DNA of 64,000 bases from Octopus sinensis. Its lineage: Eukaryota. The position numbers were made by a program, and so were the translations under genes. The stretch lies in assembly GCF_006345805.1 (NCBI RefSeq), contig NC_043005.1, forward strand, positions 81,964,001 through 82,028,000, written 5' to 3'. Below the pieces are notes generated by a model. That model saw only the letters and a program-made list of their open reading frames with translations, was not told the DNA's origin and ran no database searches. Shown here piece by piece: positions 12,532 to 24,865 of this stretch. How positions within the stretch are numbered: position 1 is the first letter of the stretch; each line of letters starts with the position of its first letter.

Positions 12532-12799
12532 AAGCAACAACACGGGTAAGGGTGATTAGGTGATGGTCTGAGACCCCTGACCTTCGAAAAAAAAACAAAC
12601 TTTGGTCGTCTTTTTGTAGTCGAGGGCTCTTCGTTGACGCCCGACACCCCTGGGAGGTAGCCCTCGAATTCGCTGGAAATGGAGATGTCCAGGTCCAAAT
12701 TCTTGGACGTCTGCTGCTGCTGCTGCTCTTACTACTTGTAGTAGTTGTAGTAGTTTCTAATAAAAGGCTATTACTTTTGAAAGAAGGAATTGACTCGAA

Positions 12800-12920
12800 G
12801 GAAGGAGTCGTATCGACCCCAGCACTTGAGTAGAGCTGTATGATATCGACCTCGGAGGGATGAAGGGCAAAGTTGAACGAGGTGGTATCGTAATACATTT
12901 TGACCCACGCTCGAAAGACT
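12800..12920 (-). mobile_element. Degenerate family M SINE
   Basis: ATCGACCCCAGCAC...ATCGACCTCGGAGGGATGAAGGGCAAAGTTG resembles the family M body. Confidence 0.6.
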
Positions 12921-13372
12921 TTTCCGATTGACCACTTTAAACAACAGCATCAACAATAGCAGACATAAGAGAAGACTACCACCATTATCGCAACCGTCAA
13001 CACCACCACTGTCACCACAATACCCGCCACCACGGCCAAATGGACGACGAGTAGAAATGAAGAAGCTTAAGAAGGATGCGCAGAGACAGCAGTAGTTATT
13101 GATGATGATGATGATGACGGGAAGAAATGAGGAGGAGGGAACGGAGAAGGTAGAGGACGAAAAAGAAGAAAAAATTTGGAAACGAAGATGAAGAGCAAGA
13201 AGAAGAAACAGGAGACGGAAGAGGAAAAAGAGGAAGAAAACGATGGTCATGATGAAGGGTGTGGTGATGATGATGACCAGGTTGATCGTGATGCTAAATA
13301 ATGATGAGAAAATGAAGACCATGCATAATAAAGGGAAAAAGGATGATCATCAATACAATGGCGATAAGTAAA

Positions 13373-13408
<36 letters not shown>

Positions 13409-13585
13409 GTTGTTTATTCTTTTTCTTTTTTTTGGTCCAATATATTCTCTGCGAATAAGAAAGAGAATAATCAGCTCTTAAATAGGAAGAAATCGTTAAC
13501 TATAAATAAATCTATTTTAGAAACTATTGGATTTTTCGGCAATGTTCGTTGCCGAATAAAGAGATAAAAAGAGAGAGAAAGGGAG

Positions 13586-13638
<53 letters not shown>

Positions 13639-14229
13639 AAGAAAGAGAAATAGCAGACAGTCGGAAAGAAAGAGAGGCACAAAAACGCCCCTTTTCCATG
13701 AGGTATTTCCATCAAGTTCATTAAAACGATCAGATTTGATTGGCCATTTAATATGTCCTAGCTTCTCGCAGGCAGCTATCTTGTTTGTTATTGATTGCAG
13801 CTGTGCTTACAGTGAACCTACATCAGTTAACGAGTATAACAAGATTCTCCCTTTCATTGCACAATAAATAAATCAACAAATAAATGCACCAATAAAAGTA
13901 AGAATAAACAAATGAGTAAATGAAATAGATATATATATACAAAAAAAAAGGAAAACAAAGAAAACGGACAAACGAAAGTACGTAACTGGATGCAAGTGTA
14001 GGAAGGGAAATAAGGAAAAGAACTTATGAAATCAAGAAAAAGAAAAAAGTATTATGGACAGACAGTTCTTGGCTGATAACAATGTGTGTGTATGTATATG
14101 TGTGTGTGTATACGTATATGTATGTATATATGCATGTATATATATATTATTTATATTATATATATATATTCCTTTATATTTATATATATATATATATATA
14201 TATTCCTTTATATTTATATATATATATTC

Positions 14230-14261
<32 letters not shown>

Positions 14262-14266
<5 letters not shown>

Positions 14267-14285
14267 TTCACTTATATACAAATGT

Positions 14286-14317
<32 letters not shown>

Positions 14318-14364
14318 GTATATATATATATATGTATATATATGTATGTATATATATATTTATG

Positions 14365-14395
<31 letters not shown>

Positions 14396-14729
14396 GTATA
14401 TATGTGTATGTATATATATATATATGTGTATGTATATATATGTATATATATATATATATGTGTGTATATATATATATGTATATATATATACCACATATAT
14501 CTCTGCATGTATCCATGTTGCTGTCTTCTCGTTCTCATCCTCTCTCTGCTTCACTCTGTCTCTGCCTTCATATAGATACACATACATATATACATGCATA
14601 TATATATATATAATATATATATATATATAAGTTCACTTATATACAAATGTATATATATATATGTATATATATATGTATGTGTATATATATATATATGTAT
14701 ATATATATGTATGTATATATATATTTATG

Positions 14730-14760
<31 letters not shown>

Positions 14761-14959
14761 GTATATATGTGTATGTATATATATATATATGTGTATGTAT
14801 ATATATATGTGTATGTATATATATATGTGTGTATATATATATGTATATATATATACCACATATATCTCTGCATGTATCCATGTTGCTGTCTTCTCGTTCT
14901 CATCCTCTCTCTGCTTCACTCTGTCTCTGCCTTCATATAGATACACATACATATATACA

Positions 14960-14991
<32 letters not shown>
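14262..14991. repeat. Near-perfect 365-bp tandem duplication within an AT microsatellite field
   Basis: AAGTTCACTTATATACAAATG and the unique block CCACATATATCTCTGCATG...GCCTTCATATAGATACAC each occur twice, 365 bp apart. Confidence 0.9.
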
Positions 14992-15011
<20 letters not shown>

Positions 15012-16151
15012 TGCATGTGTATGCAAGCACACACGCACACATAGGATAGACACACACGTATGTGTGTGTACATATGTTTTTTAACTGTATAAATCAAAAT
15101 AAAAACAACACATTAGCAGTCAGTTTCTTTCTGCTGATAACAATATACATGCTTACATACGTACATGCTTAATACACATATACATATTTTCCATTTTCCA
15201 TATATAATACTCCATTTTTTTACATCCGAAAGATATCTTTCGAAATATTTCTTACTTTTGTTTCTCTTTTCCTTTTAATATTTTCTTCTATATATTTATA
15301 TTTTACTGTTTGCCCCGTTGGTCTGTTTTATTCAATGCTGTACTTTTGTTGCTGTTTATGTATATTTATATTTTCTCTTTCTTCCATTCGAGAACAATGT
15401 CTTTGATTTCGTCTTCATGCCTTCATAAATCGATCACAGTTTTCTTCATATTCTTTCCCATTGAATTATTTAGATCTCTATACTGATCACTAGTGGACAT
15501 GTAAATAAACGTGTATGTGAGCATGGAGTTAGTGACTTAATGAGAGAGAATGTGCTTTGTGAATATAGAAATTTCAACACTAGAACATCTCGTCAATATA
15601 TTGTGAATACAAAAAGACAAGAGAAAACCAACAGAGACCAATCCCCCCCTCTCTCTCTCCATGTAAATATTGTTGGAAGAAATGAACTTTTCACCAAAAG
15701 ATCATAAATCAGTCATCAATTATAATGTTTAATTATAAGATTCGATCACTAAATATTGCAGTAAGAAAACTGTGTATTTGGTTATTTCCAAAGCTGTCAA
15801 CGGCAGAAATAAACTAGCCTCGGTATCGATAAATACAATCATTAGAGAAAGTATTAGGGTTTAGTTCTCGTTATTTTCTCTCGGAGCAAGCTATTTTTGC
15901 TTATAATAAGCCAGTTCTTATAAGGCTAGTAAACTAGAGAGGAAGATAAATCAGCTGACAGGAAGCATGACGACAGAAACATTCACTGTTTTCTCCTTGT
16001 TAGCTTGACCCAATATGAAACAGCGAACGCCTTCAACATTTTAATAACTATATTTTATCAAAATATATTGAATTCTTTTTGAACATTTGCTTTAGGAATA
16101 TTCACATACACATTTTCCCCGATAATATAATGGTAGCATTATTCATTTTGT

Positions 16152-16460
16152 GGAGGCGCAATGGCCCAGTGGTTAGGGCAGCGGACTCGCGGTCGGAGGA
16201 TTGCGGTTTCGATTCCCAGACCGGGCGTTGTGTGTGTGTTTATTGAGCGAAAACACCTAAAAGCTCCACGAGGCTCCGGCAGGGGGTGGTGGCGACCCCT
16301 GTTATACTCTTTCGCCACAACTTTTTCTCACTTTCTCTTCTTGTTTCTTGAGCAACGCTGCGATGGACTGGCGTCCCGTTCAGCTGGGGGAACACTTACG
16401 CCACAGAAACCGGGAAACCGGTCCCATGAACCTGGCTAGGCTTGAAAAGGGCGACGTTTA
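16152..16460 (+). mobile_element. tRNA-derived SINE with V-domain-like motif (family V)
   Basis: A-box TGGCCCAGTGG, B-box-like GGTTTCGATTCCC, and GCGATGGACTGGCGTCCCGTTCAG resembling the V-SINE domain. TTATTCATTTT flanks both sides as a TSD-like repeat. Confidence 0.85.
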
Positions 16461-16894
16461 TCGTTTATTATTCATTTTATGTAGCTTCATGTCAGATATG
16501 TAAGACCAACGACATCCTAACGGTGGCTATCCTATTTTCAGTATATCTTAGTATATCTAAGAGCGTATTTCTAAATGCTACCTTCATCGTAAAGACAATA
16601 AGATATGAAAGCTGCTAAGATGTTTGGCTGTTTTATCGAAAAAGTTGATTACCTTGATCGCCCTTAGTTTATTTGATAACAGTGAGATGTAATGCACAAG
16701 GTATTTTTGATATTGGCTCTTTAATTTTAAACCCTGTACTATCAAATCTAGCTATCCAGCTCGTGGTCACGCAAACACTTATGCATGAAAATATACCACT
16801 GAAACGGAAACATCTATCTAACCATCTTTGTCTGTCTCTCTCTGTCTCCGTATATATATATAGTATACACACATATACACACACTGATATTTAT

Positions 16895-16966
<72 letters not shown>

Positions 16967-18427
16967 GTATATATATGTTTAGACATGCATATATATATAT
17001 ATATATATTAACATATATATTCATAAGACTACTAACACGTTCACATTTATCAACGGTGTACATCCAAATTTGTTATACTACACTAAGTTGCTGACTTTCG
17101 GAAAAAAAGGATATTAACACAGAAAATATGTTGAAAAACAGAAGAAAAAAAACAGTTTCAAAAATAAGTTAAACGGAGAAAAGAAAAAAGCAATGAATTT
17201 TTGATGGAATAAAATATATTATTTCAAAAATAGACATTTATTTCTTGTTTTCATAGTTTTGAAAATGTCATAGTGTGATTACTATTTAATAATATATATT
17301 ATCTATTTCTAGATAAAACACCAAGAAAAAACAGTATCAGCAACAACAATAACGTCAACAATGACGATTAAGCTGATAGTATTATTATTATTATTATATT
17401 ATTATTATATTATTATTATTATATTATTAACGATAATAATAATAATAATAATAACAAAAGTCTCGCATGTTGTTATTAGATTTCCGACATTTTAGAAATG
17501 ATTGTTGTTATGTTAAGTGAGAAGAGAATATAAAAAGTGTGTCTATGTTTGTAAGTGTACGAATGACGCTTGTTACTAAAAGCAAACACTCACAATCAAA
17601 CAGACGATGAATAATTGTTATCCTTTTTTTCTAAACGGAAACAATAATCACGTACATCTATACTAAAAACAATGAACTTCCATCGCAGACACGGCCAACA
17701 CACACATACAGTCGTATACACTCACTTACACACACAACACATAGAACTATAAACACTCATATATACATTTGCCCTTTTTGTATTTCTCTCACACACTTAT
17801 ATTGCTATGTATGCAATCTCGCTCTCAATCACACTCGGACATACAAGCACACATACCGACATACACACACACATTTATACATAGATACACACACACATAC
17901 ATACATGAATACGTATATACATACGTACATACATACGTATATGCATAAATACATGCATATATACGCACATATACATACATACATATATACATATTTACAT
18001 ACATGCATATATACATATTTACATACATACATACATACATACATAAATACATACATACATATATAAATACATACATACGTACATACATACATACGTATAT
18101 CCATCTATATCTATCTCCCAGTACTTACTCATATAATATTCACAATAGATATAAATATTTCGCAAGCATAAAGAAAATATTATTCTGGCGTAAAACGATT
18201 TAGCAGAGCGTTCCATAAACATGGATATATATCTTAGAGTAATAACATTGATGGATGAAGACAGCCAAGATAAAATGCGAACCAAAAGTAAATCTTGGCT
18301 ATAAGTAATTTTTCTGAAAAAAGAAAAAAAACGATATTTATAGATTTATCTTTGAATATGAAATCGTGCTTCAAATGTCCTACGTTTAAAATAATAAGGT
18401 GATAACATTGCAATCATACTTAATATA

Positions 18428-18987
18428 TGCGGTTGTCCGGAAAGTTCGTGCTGATTTTTAAAGGAAAGGAAAAGGTCAATAAATACTTGCCATTACATTT
18501 TTAATCAACCAAATATGAACCATTTTGTTGCACAATGCGTCTCCATCTTTCCTTTAACTTGAAAATACCCTCTTCCCAGAATTGAGGTGGTTTCATGGCA
18601 AACAATTCATCAAAGTATTTTTTTATGTCATCCAAGGAATTGAAATTTGTACCATTAAGACTATTCTGCAGAAACCTGAATAAGTGGAATTCCGAAGGAG
18701 TAATATCTGGTGAATATGGAGGGTGGGGTAACACATCGCAGCCAAGATGCAGCAACTTTTGTCTGGCTCCCAAATCATCAGGTGCCGAAAATGAACTTTC
18801 TTATCTTCCATTCAAAAAGAATTAACACAGGTTATAGGAAACATAAACCTTCTTCAACAAAATGATAGCTTAAACTGTGCTCAAAATGGAGGTGTAGTCA
18901 AATACTATTTTATGGATTCAACCATGTTCTAAAATACATCGAAAGGTAAGCTACTATAAATCGACACGAGCTTTCCGGACAACCCAA
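18428..18987 (-). mobile_element. Internally deleted mariner element retaining the C-terminal transposase
   Basis: TIRs GGTTGTCCGGAAAG / CTTTCCGGACAACC with TA flanks. ORF 18501-18773 reads LPHPPYSPDITPSEFHLF...GIFKLKERW, matching the mariner YSPDL motif. Confidence 0.92.
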
Positions 18988-19770
18988 TATAAACTCCGGT
19001 AATGCTGAATAGCGAGCCAGAATCATTGGAATATAGGGGAAATGTTTCTAAATACCTTAAACACTTTTCGGACTGCAAAAGAGTACATCCTCATTCATAT
19101 GGCATTTTTCTGTTTGGGTTTACTGATACGTTTTGGGTCAATATGCATCTCCCTTCCTATCTTGATGTATCTTGCTTGTCACAGCGGCTGGTATTATATT
19201 TTAAATGTATGAATGCTACAAACGCAGGTTCATGTCCGGAGAAATATACGAATACATGTATGTATTTACTTCCTTATAATGAAGAGTTAATATTATATTT
19301 AATATATTTAATGCACACACACATATATACCCAATATCTGTTTTCGAATATATATTTATATTTCTGTCTTAAATACTATGAGTGAGTCAGAGTGTGCATA
19401 TGTAAGTGTGCCTATATGTGTGGATGTATTTATAAATGTCTATATAAGCAATATCAATAATTATGTCAGTGTACGTGCATCTATCGACAAACATATGTAC
19501 GTGTTTGTACACAACATTTAAGAATCAATAATGTTAATTTACTTCACTCGGATTGCAGAGAGAGGTCCGCTTTTAATTCTTCGGTCTATCATTAAAACCA
19601 CATTAAATCTATTAATTAAGTGTCGACTTTTCACATTTTCAAAACTTGTAATCATGGACGTTTCATTTATCTTGCTTGTTTCATCTATATATTTATATAT
19701 ATATGCATATGCGTGTGTATTTACATACATACAGGCATATATATATATATATATATATATAGACATATAC

Positions 19771-19818
<48 letters not shown>

Positions 19819-20732
19819 GTTCAATTTTAGAGGTTCATTTTGTTGTTTTTACTTTGGGTGTTGTATAGCGAAAAATAAATATTATAGAGAATTGAATAGG
19901 TTTAATCACCAAGTTATAATTCAACACTCGTTCTAAGGAAATCACTAGTTATACAATCTGATCAGAGAGTTGGCTGAGTACTTTTGCTGAGGGCCATGTA
20001 AATAAATCTACCTGAGGTTTAGAAGATATATCTAGAGGGCTAATTTTATTTTGACCCTTTTCGCAATCAGATACACATCGTCTAATTAAGGATTTTTAAT
20101 ATTCGTCCAGGACATGCATTTCAGAAATTGATTTCGACGATAGAGTCGGTCTCAGCATAACATGAAAACAACGATAAACCAAATCATTTGGGATATAATA
20201 ATTTTGTTGAATTTTTTTTACGTTCCATATAAGCAATGATGGTGATGGTGATTCAAAGATCCTCTAGACACAAATATTTTATGTATTTGTATATCGAGTT
20301 AAACGTAAGATATTTGAGTATGTTGCGAGGGAGATTTTTTATTAGAATTTCTTGCTGAGCGAGTGTGTCGATGCTTCTTTGTCAGGTCATCCAAAGCGTA
20401 AAGACTACCGCAACACCATATGCGGCGCTCCTCTGTGGAGTTGGGTTTGGTTTATAATTCTGGTCTATGTTTTGCTTTATGTTTCGTTCTTACAAACATA
20501 ACTTATTTATCTAAAGAGGAACGAATGCTCCAACGTCAATTTTTATTTCTTCACCTCTTATTGTTATGTTATTGATTATAAATGCGAGAAAGACTAAGCA
20601 TCTCCTAGCTTGATGATATTACTTTACTTGCGTTGAGATTGCCAGGAGGCAGACCAGCCATGATACAGCAAAATTATTGAAGCTCTGATAATCACATTAC
20701 TATTTTAAGGCATACAGCTTATTCACAATTAC

Positions 20733-21144
20733 GGATCATTTCGGTTTGAACGGCAGTTTTTTCTAGCGGTGTCATATGAAATTGTCACCCATAATTATGA
20801 CTGTAAAATCGATCTATTGCATTTCAATCTCTTTTAGGGTTAGGGATGGGGGAAGGGTATCTTTTTTTTCTTCACAAATGTAACTAAACCCAATCTGTTT
20901 CTTAAACGAGTGACATATTCATACGGCACAGAATGCTTTTTAGCTCAATACACGTCACTGATTGGTTGAAATTGCAGAAATGGAAGAAAAAAAAACAACA
21001 AATATCTTACAAACTATAGAATTTTCTCAATAAAGCCAAGAGAAAAAGATGTTTTATAAACACATTCCACCAGTATACGAAGTTTAAAACTTTTTAGTTA
21101 CCTACGATTTATGTTAAAAACTGCCGTTCAAACCGAAAAGATCC
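20733..21144. mobile_element. MITE with 28-bp TIRs and 8-bp TSD
   Basis: TIRs GGATCATTTCGGTTTGAACGGCAGTTTT / AAAACTGCCGTTCAAACCGAAAAGATCC; flanks ACAATTAC / ACAGTTAC; internal TTAGGGTTAGGG. Confidence 0.88.
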
Positions 21145-21366
21145 ACAGTTACATTACTTAGAGTGTGATATATTTTATAAGAGAGAATTGCTTTCAGTCA
21201 CAGTTGTCTCATATTCCCACTTGATCAAACGCATGCGCAGAGATTTCGTTTATCATTCGTTCACCTGCATTGCGAAGTAGACTTCAGGTATGGGCTCAGA
21301 AGTAAATTTCAGTAGGGAGTCAAAAGTGAACTCTAATACTTGATTCTTACTTTATTTTAAAATTTG

Positions 21367-21713
21367 GCACAGGAGTGGCTGTGTGGTAAGTAACTTGCTT
21401 ACCAGCCACATGGTTCTGGGTTCAGTCCCACTGCGTGGCACCTTGGGCAAGTGTCTTCTAATATGGCCTCGGGCCGACCAAAGCATTGTGAGTGGATTTG
21501 GTAGACGGAAAATGAAAGAAACCCGTCGTATATATGTATGTGAGTGTATATGTTTGTGAGTCTGTGTTTGTCCCCCCAACATCACTTGACAACCTATGCT
21601 GGTATATTTACGTCCCTGTAACTTAGCGGCAAAAGAGACCGATAGAATAAGTACTAGGCTTACAAAGAATAAGTCCTGGAATCGATTTGCTCGACTAAAG
21701 GCGGTGCTCCAGC
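21367..21713 (+). mobile_element. CORE-like tRNA SINE (family C), near full length
   Basis: GGAGTGGCTGTGTGGTAAG...GGTTCAGTCCCACTGCGTGGCACCTTGGGCAAGTG (MIR-core-like), an internal microsatellite, and the shared tail. Confidence 0.88.
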
Positions 21714-21929
21714 AAAAAGAGCAAAAAGGAGTAAAAGAGTAATTGCTCTGAAAGAATATAAAGTAACTTTAACGCCGGCAGGATTTGAGATTAGCATATT
21801 AGGATATGGAACAAATCTCGAAGCTCTAGTGATCAAGTGACTCATTGTGCTATCCTTGAGTTGGAAAATATATGTAATTAGTAGCTCTAATTTGAATTAA
21901 TATAAAGGCCTTATATATTGGTTTAAGTT

Positions 21930-22296
21930 TTTGAGACTAGACCAGCAATTTCATGGAAGGGGTAAGTCGATTTCATCGGTCCCAGTGCTCTACTGGTATT
22001 TCTTTTATCGCGCCTAGAAGGGATGAAAAGTAGAGTCGAACTCGGAACGTAATAACGGACGAAATATCTATTTCTTTACTATCAAAGGGCTAAACACAGA
22101 GAGGACAAACAAGGACAGACAAACGGATTAAGTCGATTATATCGACCCTAGTGCGTAACTGGTACTTAATTTATCGACCCCGAAAGGATGAAAGGCAAAG
22201 TCGACCTCGGCAGAATTTGAACACAGAACGTAGCGGCAGACAAAATACGGCTACGCATTTCGCCCGGCGTGCTAATGTTTCTGCCAGCTCGCCGCC
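21930..22296 (-). mobile_element. Dimeric family M SINE
   Basis: Two Meta-like bodies joined at GACGAAATATC|TATTTCTTTACT; the head is at 22296. Confidence 0.85.
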
Positions 22297-22635
22297 TTAA
22301 AATGGTTATATATTAAATGACAAAGAGAAGAATGGTTGTGTCCTTAATTTCTTTCTCGTGAGTGAATTGAATATTCGATTGTGAAAGGAATTTAGATCTA
22401 ACTTTTCTGCTGCATTATGGTAATCATTGGAATTCCTTAGAAAGTTAATTTAAATACTACACACTGTTACAGCACTCCAGTTATTTCCTTCTGTTTTTTC
22501 CCTACATCCAGAGTCAAAGGAAAACAGACGGATACACTGTTTGCTCTCTGTCTAACCTGATCAATGATATATATATATAATTGTACGCTAGCTACATAGA
22601 ATCGTATATACTTATATGCATATCTATCTAAAATA

Positions 22636-22685
22636 CCTACCTACCTACCTACCTACCTACCTACCTACCTATCTATCTGTATGTA

Positions 22686-22752
<67 letters not shown>

Positions 22753-22875
22753 ATGTATGTCTATCTATCTATCTAGCTAGCTAGCTAGCTAGCTATATAT
22801 GTATCTATTTACCTACCTACTGACCTATCTCTCTTTCTCTCTCTATCTGCCTGTCTCTCTCTCTCTCTATCTATT
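22636..22875. repeat. Compound (CTAC)n/(TATC)n/(CTAG)n/(CT)n microsatellite
   Basis: Read directly from the sequence. Confidence 0.95.
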
Positions 22876-24396
22876 TATAATACTAGCGCTTCTTTGCCAA
22901 TATGAAGAATGTTCTCATTATTATATCTTTTGTTCGGCTCCATAGAAATATACTGAATGCTCTATTGTAAACAGTTGCGTTTTCTTCGAATTATATAATT
23001 ATCACGATTCTAGTCGCATGGGTAAAAAAAAAACATATTATTGCATATTTATGTTAGTATAATTGGTAGAATTAAATCTGATACATACATTTTGTTCCTA
23101 TTATATCGAGCCAAAATAATCGTGGAATATTTCATTTCAGATTGTAGAAGCTAAAAATTAAAAATATTCTAAACAATTATTTCGAAACCGTGTCGTTTTC
23201 TCAAATTTGGTATTCTACGTTCAGAAAATATAGGTTAACTTCGTTATCGAGACTCTCTTCATTTTTAGTACACCAAACTGTCTCACCGACGCAATAAACA
23301 CACAACACTATATTATGTCTCTATTGCAACCAAATATCTTTTGACAACTATTATTTATTTTCCTTTAAACGTGTCACTTAGTGCCATACTATATAATTTA
23401 TAATTTGGATTTCGCTAATTTTCTCCGGAATTCAGCAACACCAAATTTTATTTCAGTAATCAGACGTCGTTAAACAAATTGTAATTACTTTAGAATTATA
23501 TCAATTAGTCAAATTGGACAAAGAATGAATAAACAAATAAAGAAAAAACTGACACAGGTTCAACAGAATTAGAATTGATTGTGTGAAATATTTTATAGTT
23601 TGCTGTTGTTGATGTTTATCCTCAAGCTTGCTCTACTGGTGAAAGCTTATGACAAACGGCACTCCACTTGTGACTATCACTACCATTTATTTCCAGATGA
23701 AGTGAATCTAGCCCGATAGAATGTACTGAGTTTCATTTTTAAAGAAGGCTATATGTAATTTGAGGGAGATTTGGTTTACATTTCTAGCAGGTGAAGAAAT
23801 CGTATAAAGTATCATATTAGGGCAAATTTTATTACGAAGGAAGAAAGCGAGATGAAAAAGGAAAAAGAGGAAACGGAAAGATTATAGTAGAAAGGAAATG
23901 AAAATAAAATTAAAGGAGAGTAAAAGGAAGAAAATGAAGAAAAGGAGGAGGGAAGGACGAGAAGGAAGAGCAAGAGAAACAAAAGGTGAAAAGGAAAAAT
24001 AGGAGAGAATATATATAAAAATAAACGAAAAAGAAACAAAAAGGAAAGGAACAGGTGTTTGAATAACAGGGTTTGGAATAGCAGATGATGAAGTACGAGA
24101 AGAAATGAATGAACGGTAAAAAAATGAAAATAAGATAAAAGTTAAATTGGCAGAGGTGCTGAATTAGAGGGATGGAGAAAATAAAAAAAAAGTGCTATTC
24201 AAAATGTAGATTAAGGAAAACAAAAATAGGGATTAATGAAGATTGAGAGGTGCGAGAATAAAATATTGAATATTACCGGAGAAACAAGATAATTACATTT
24301 AGAGGAAACCATAAAAACTGAGGTACTGTTTTGGTGGAAATGTCACTGGTTCAATTGGAATAAAGTAATACAAGATAATATTAAAATAGTATAAAA

Positions 24397-24435
24397 CAAG
24401 AGCTCTAAGAGAGCGCAAACCTCCACCAAGGCAAA
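24397..24435 (-). mobile_element. Possible Helentron/HINE-like terminal fragment
   Basis: The minus strand CCTTGGTGGAGGTTTGCGCTCTCTTAGAGCTCTTGTT resembles such element ends as I recall them. The other end was not found. Confidence 0.35.
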
Positions 24436-24660
24436 ACCAATGATTAGCCAGAGATGATTTTTGAAATGAGAATATCTGAAATAAACTCAACTGTTCTCAC
24501 AAACTCGGTTCATTTACTTTTATGAAAAAAAAAAAAAAAGGATTGTTTTCTCTCAAAATTATATTTTGAGTATTGCAATGGGTTGGATGAATTTACTGTG
24601 TTTACTTTTCGACCAGCTGTTTGAACCTGAATAAAATGGAAAGTAATCAATGATTTCAAA

Positions 24661-24865
24661 CTTTGGCTGTAAAGCAGGCATTTTCGGGTCTGGGAGGTAA
24701 GTTGATTACATCAACCCCAGTGCTCAAATGGTGCTTACTTTATCGATCCTGATAGGATGAAAAGCAAAGTCAACCTCTGCGGCATTTGAACTCAGTAAGA
24801 AAGAAGGATGAAATGCTGTTAAACATTTTGCTCAGCGCGCTAACGGTTTTGCGAGCTAGACACCT
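24661..24865 (-). mobile_element. Family M SINE monomer
   Basis: GATTACATCAACCCCAGTG...GGATGAAAAGCAAAGTCAACC...TTTGAACTC, with a TSD-like AAAATGGAAAnTAAT on both sides. Confidence 0.8.

Noticed and set aside
12771-13370. 183-aa ORF and an acidic/basic-looking purine-rich stretch
   Set aside because: Low-complexity GAA/GAT repeats, stops in the plus frames, and no recognisable domain.
14032-15057. Numerous long Y/I/C/V/H/T-rich ORFs here and at 41.9k, 47k, 53.5k and 60k
   Set aside because: They are read-through of (TA)n/(CA)n microsatellites, not genes.
16152-16225. tRNA-like sequences (also 22296, 48100, 58011)
   Set aside because: They are SINE heads continuing into SINE bodies, with no proper cloverleaf.
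20832-20844. TTAGGGTTAGGG telomeric motif
   Set aside because: Only two units, internal to a MITE.
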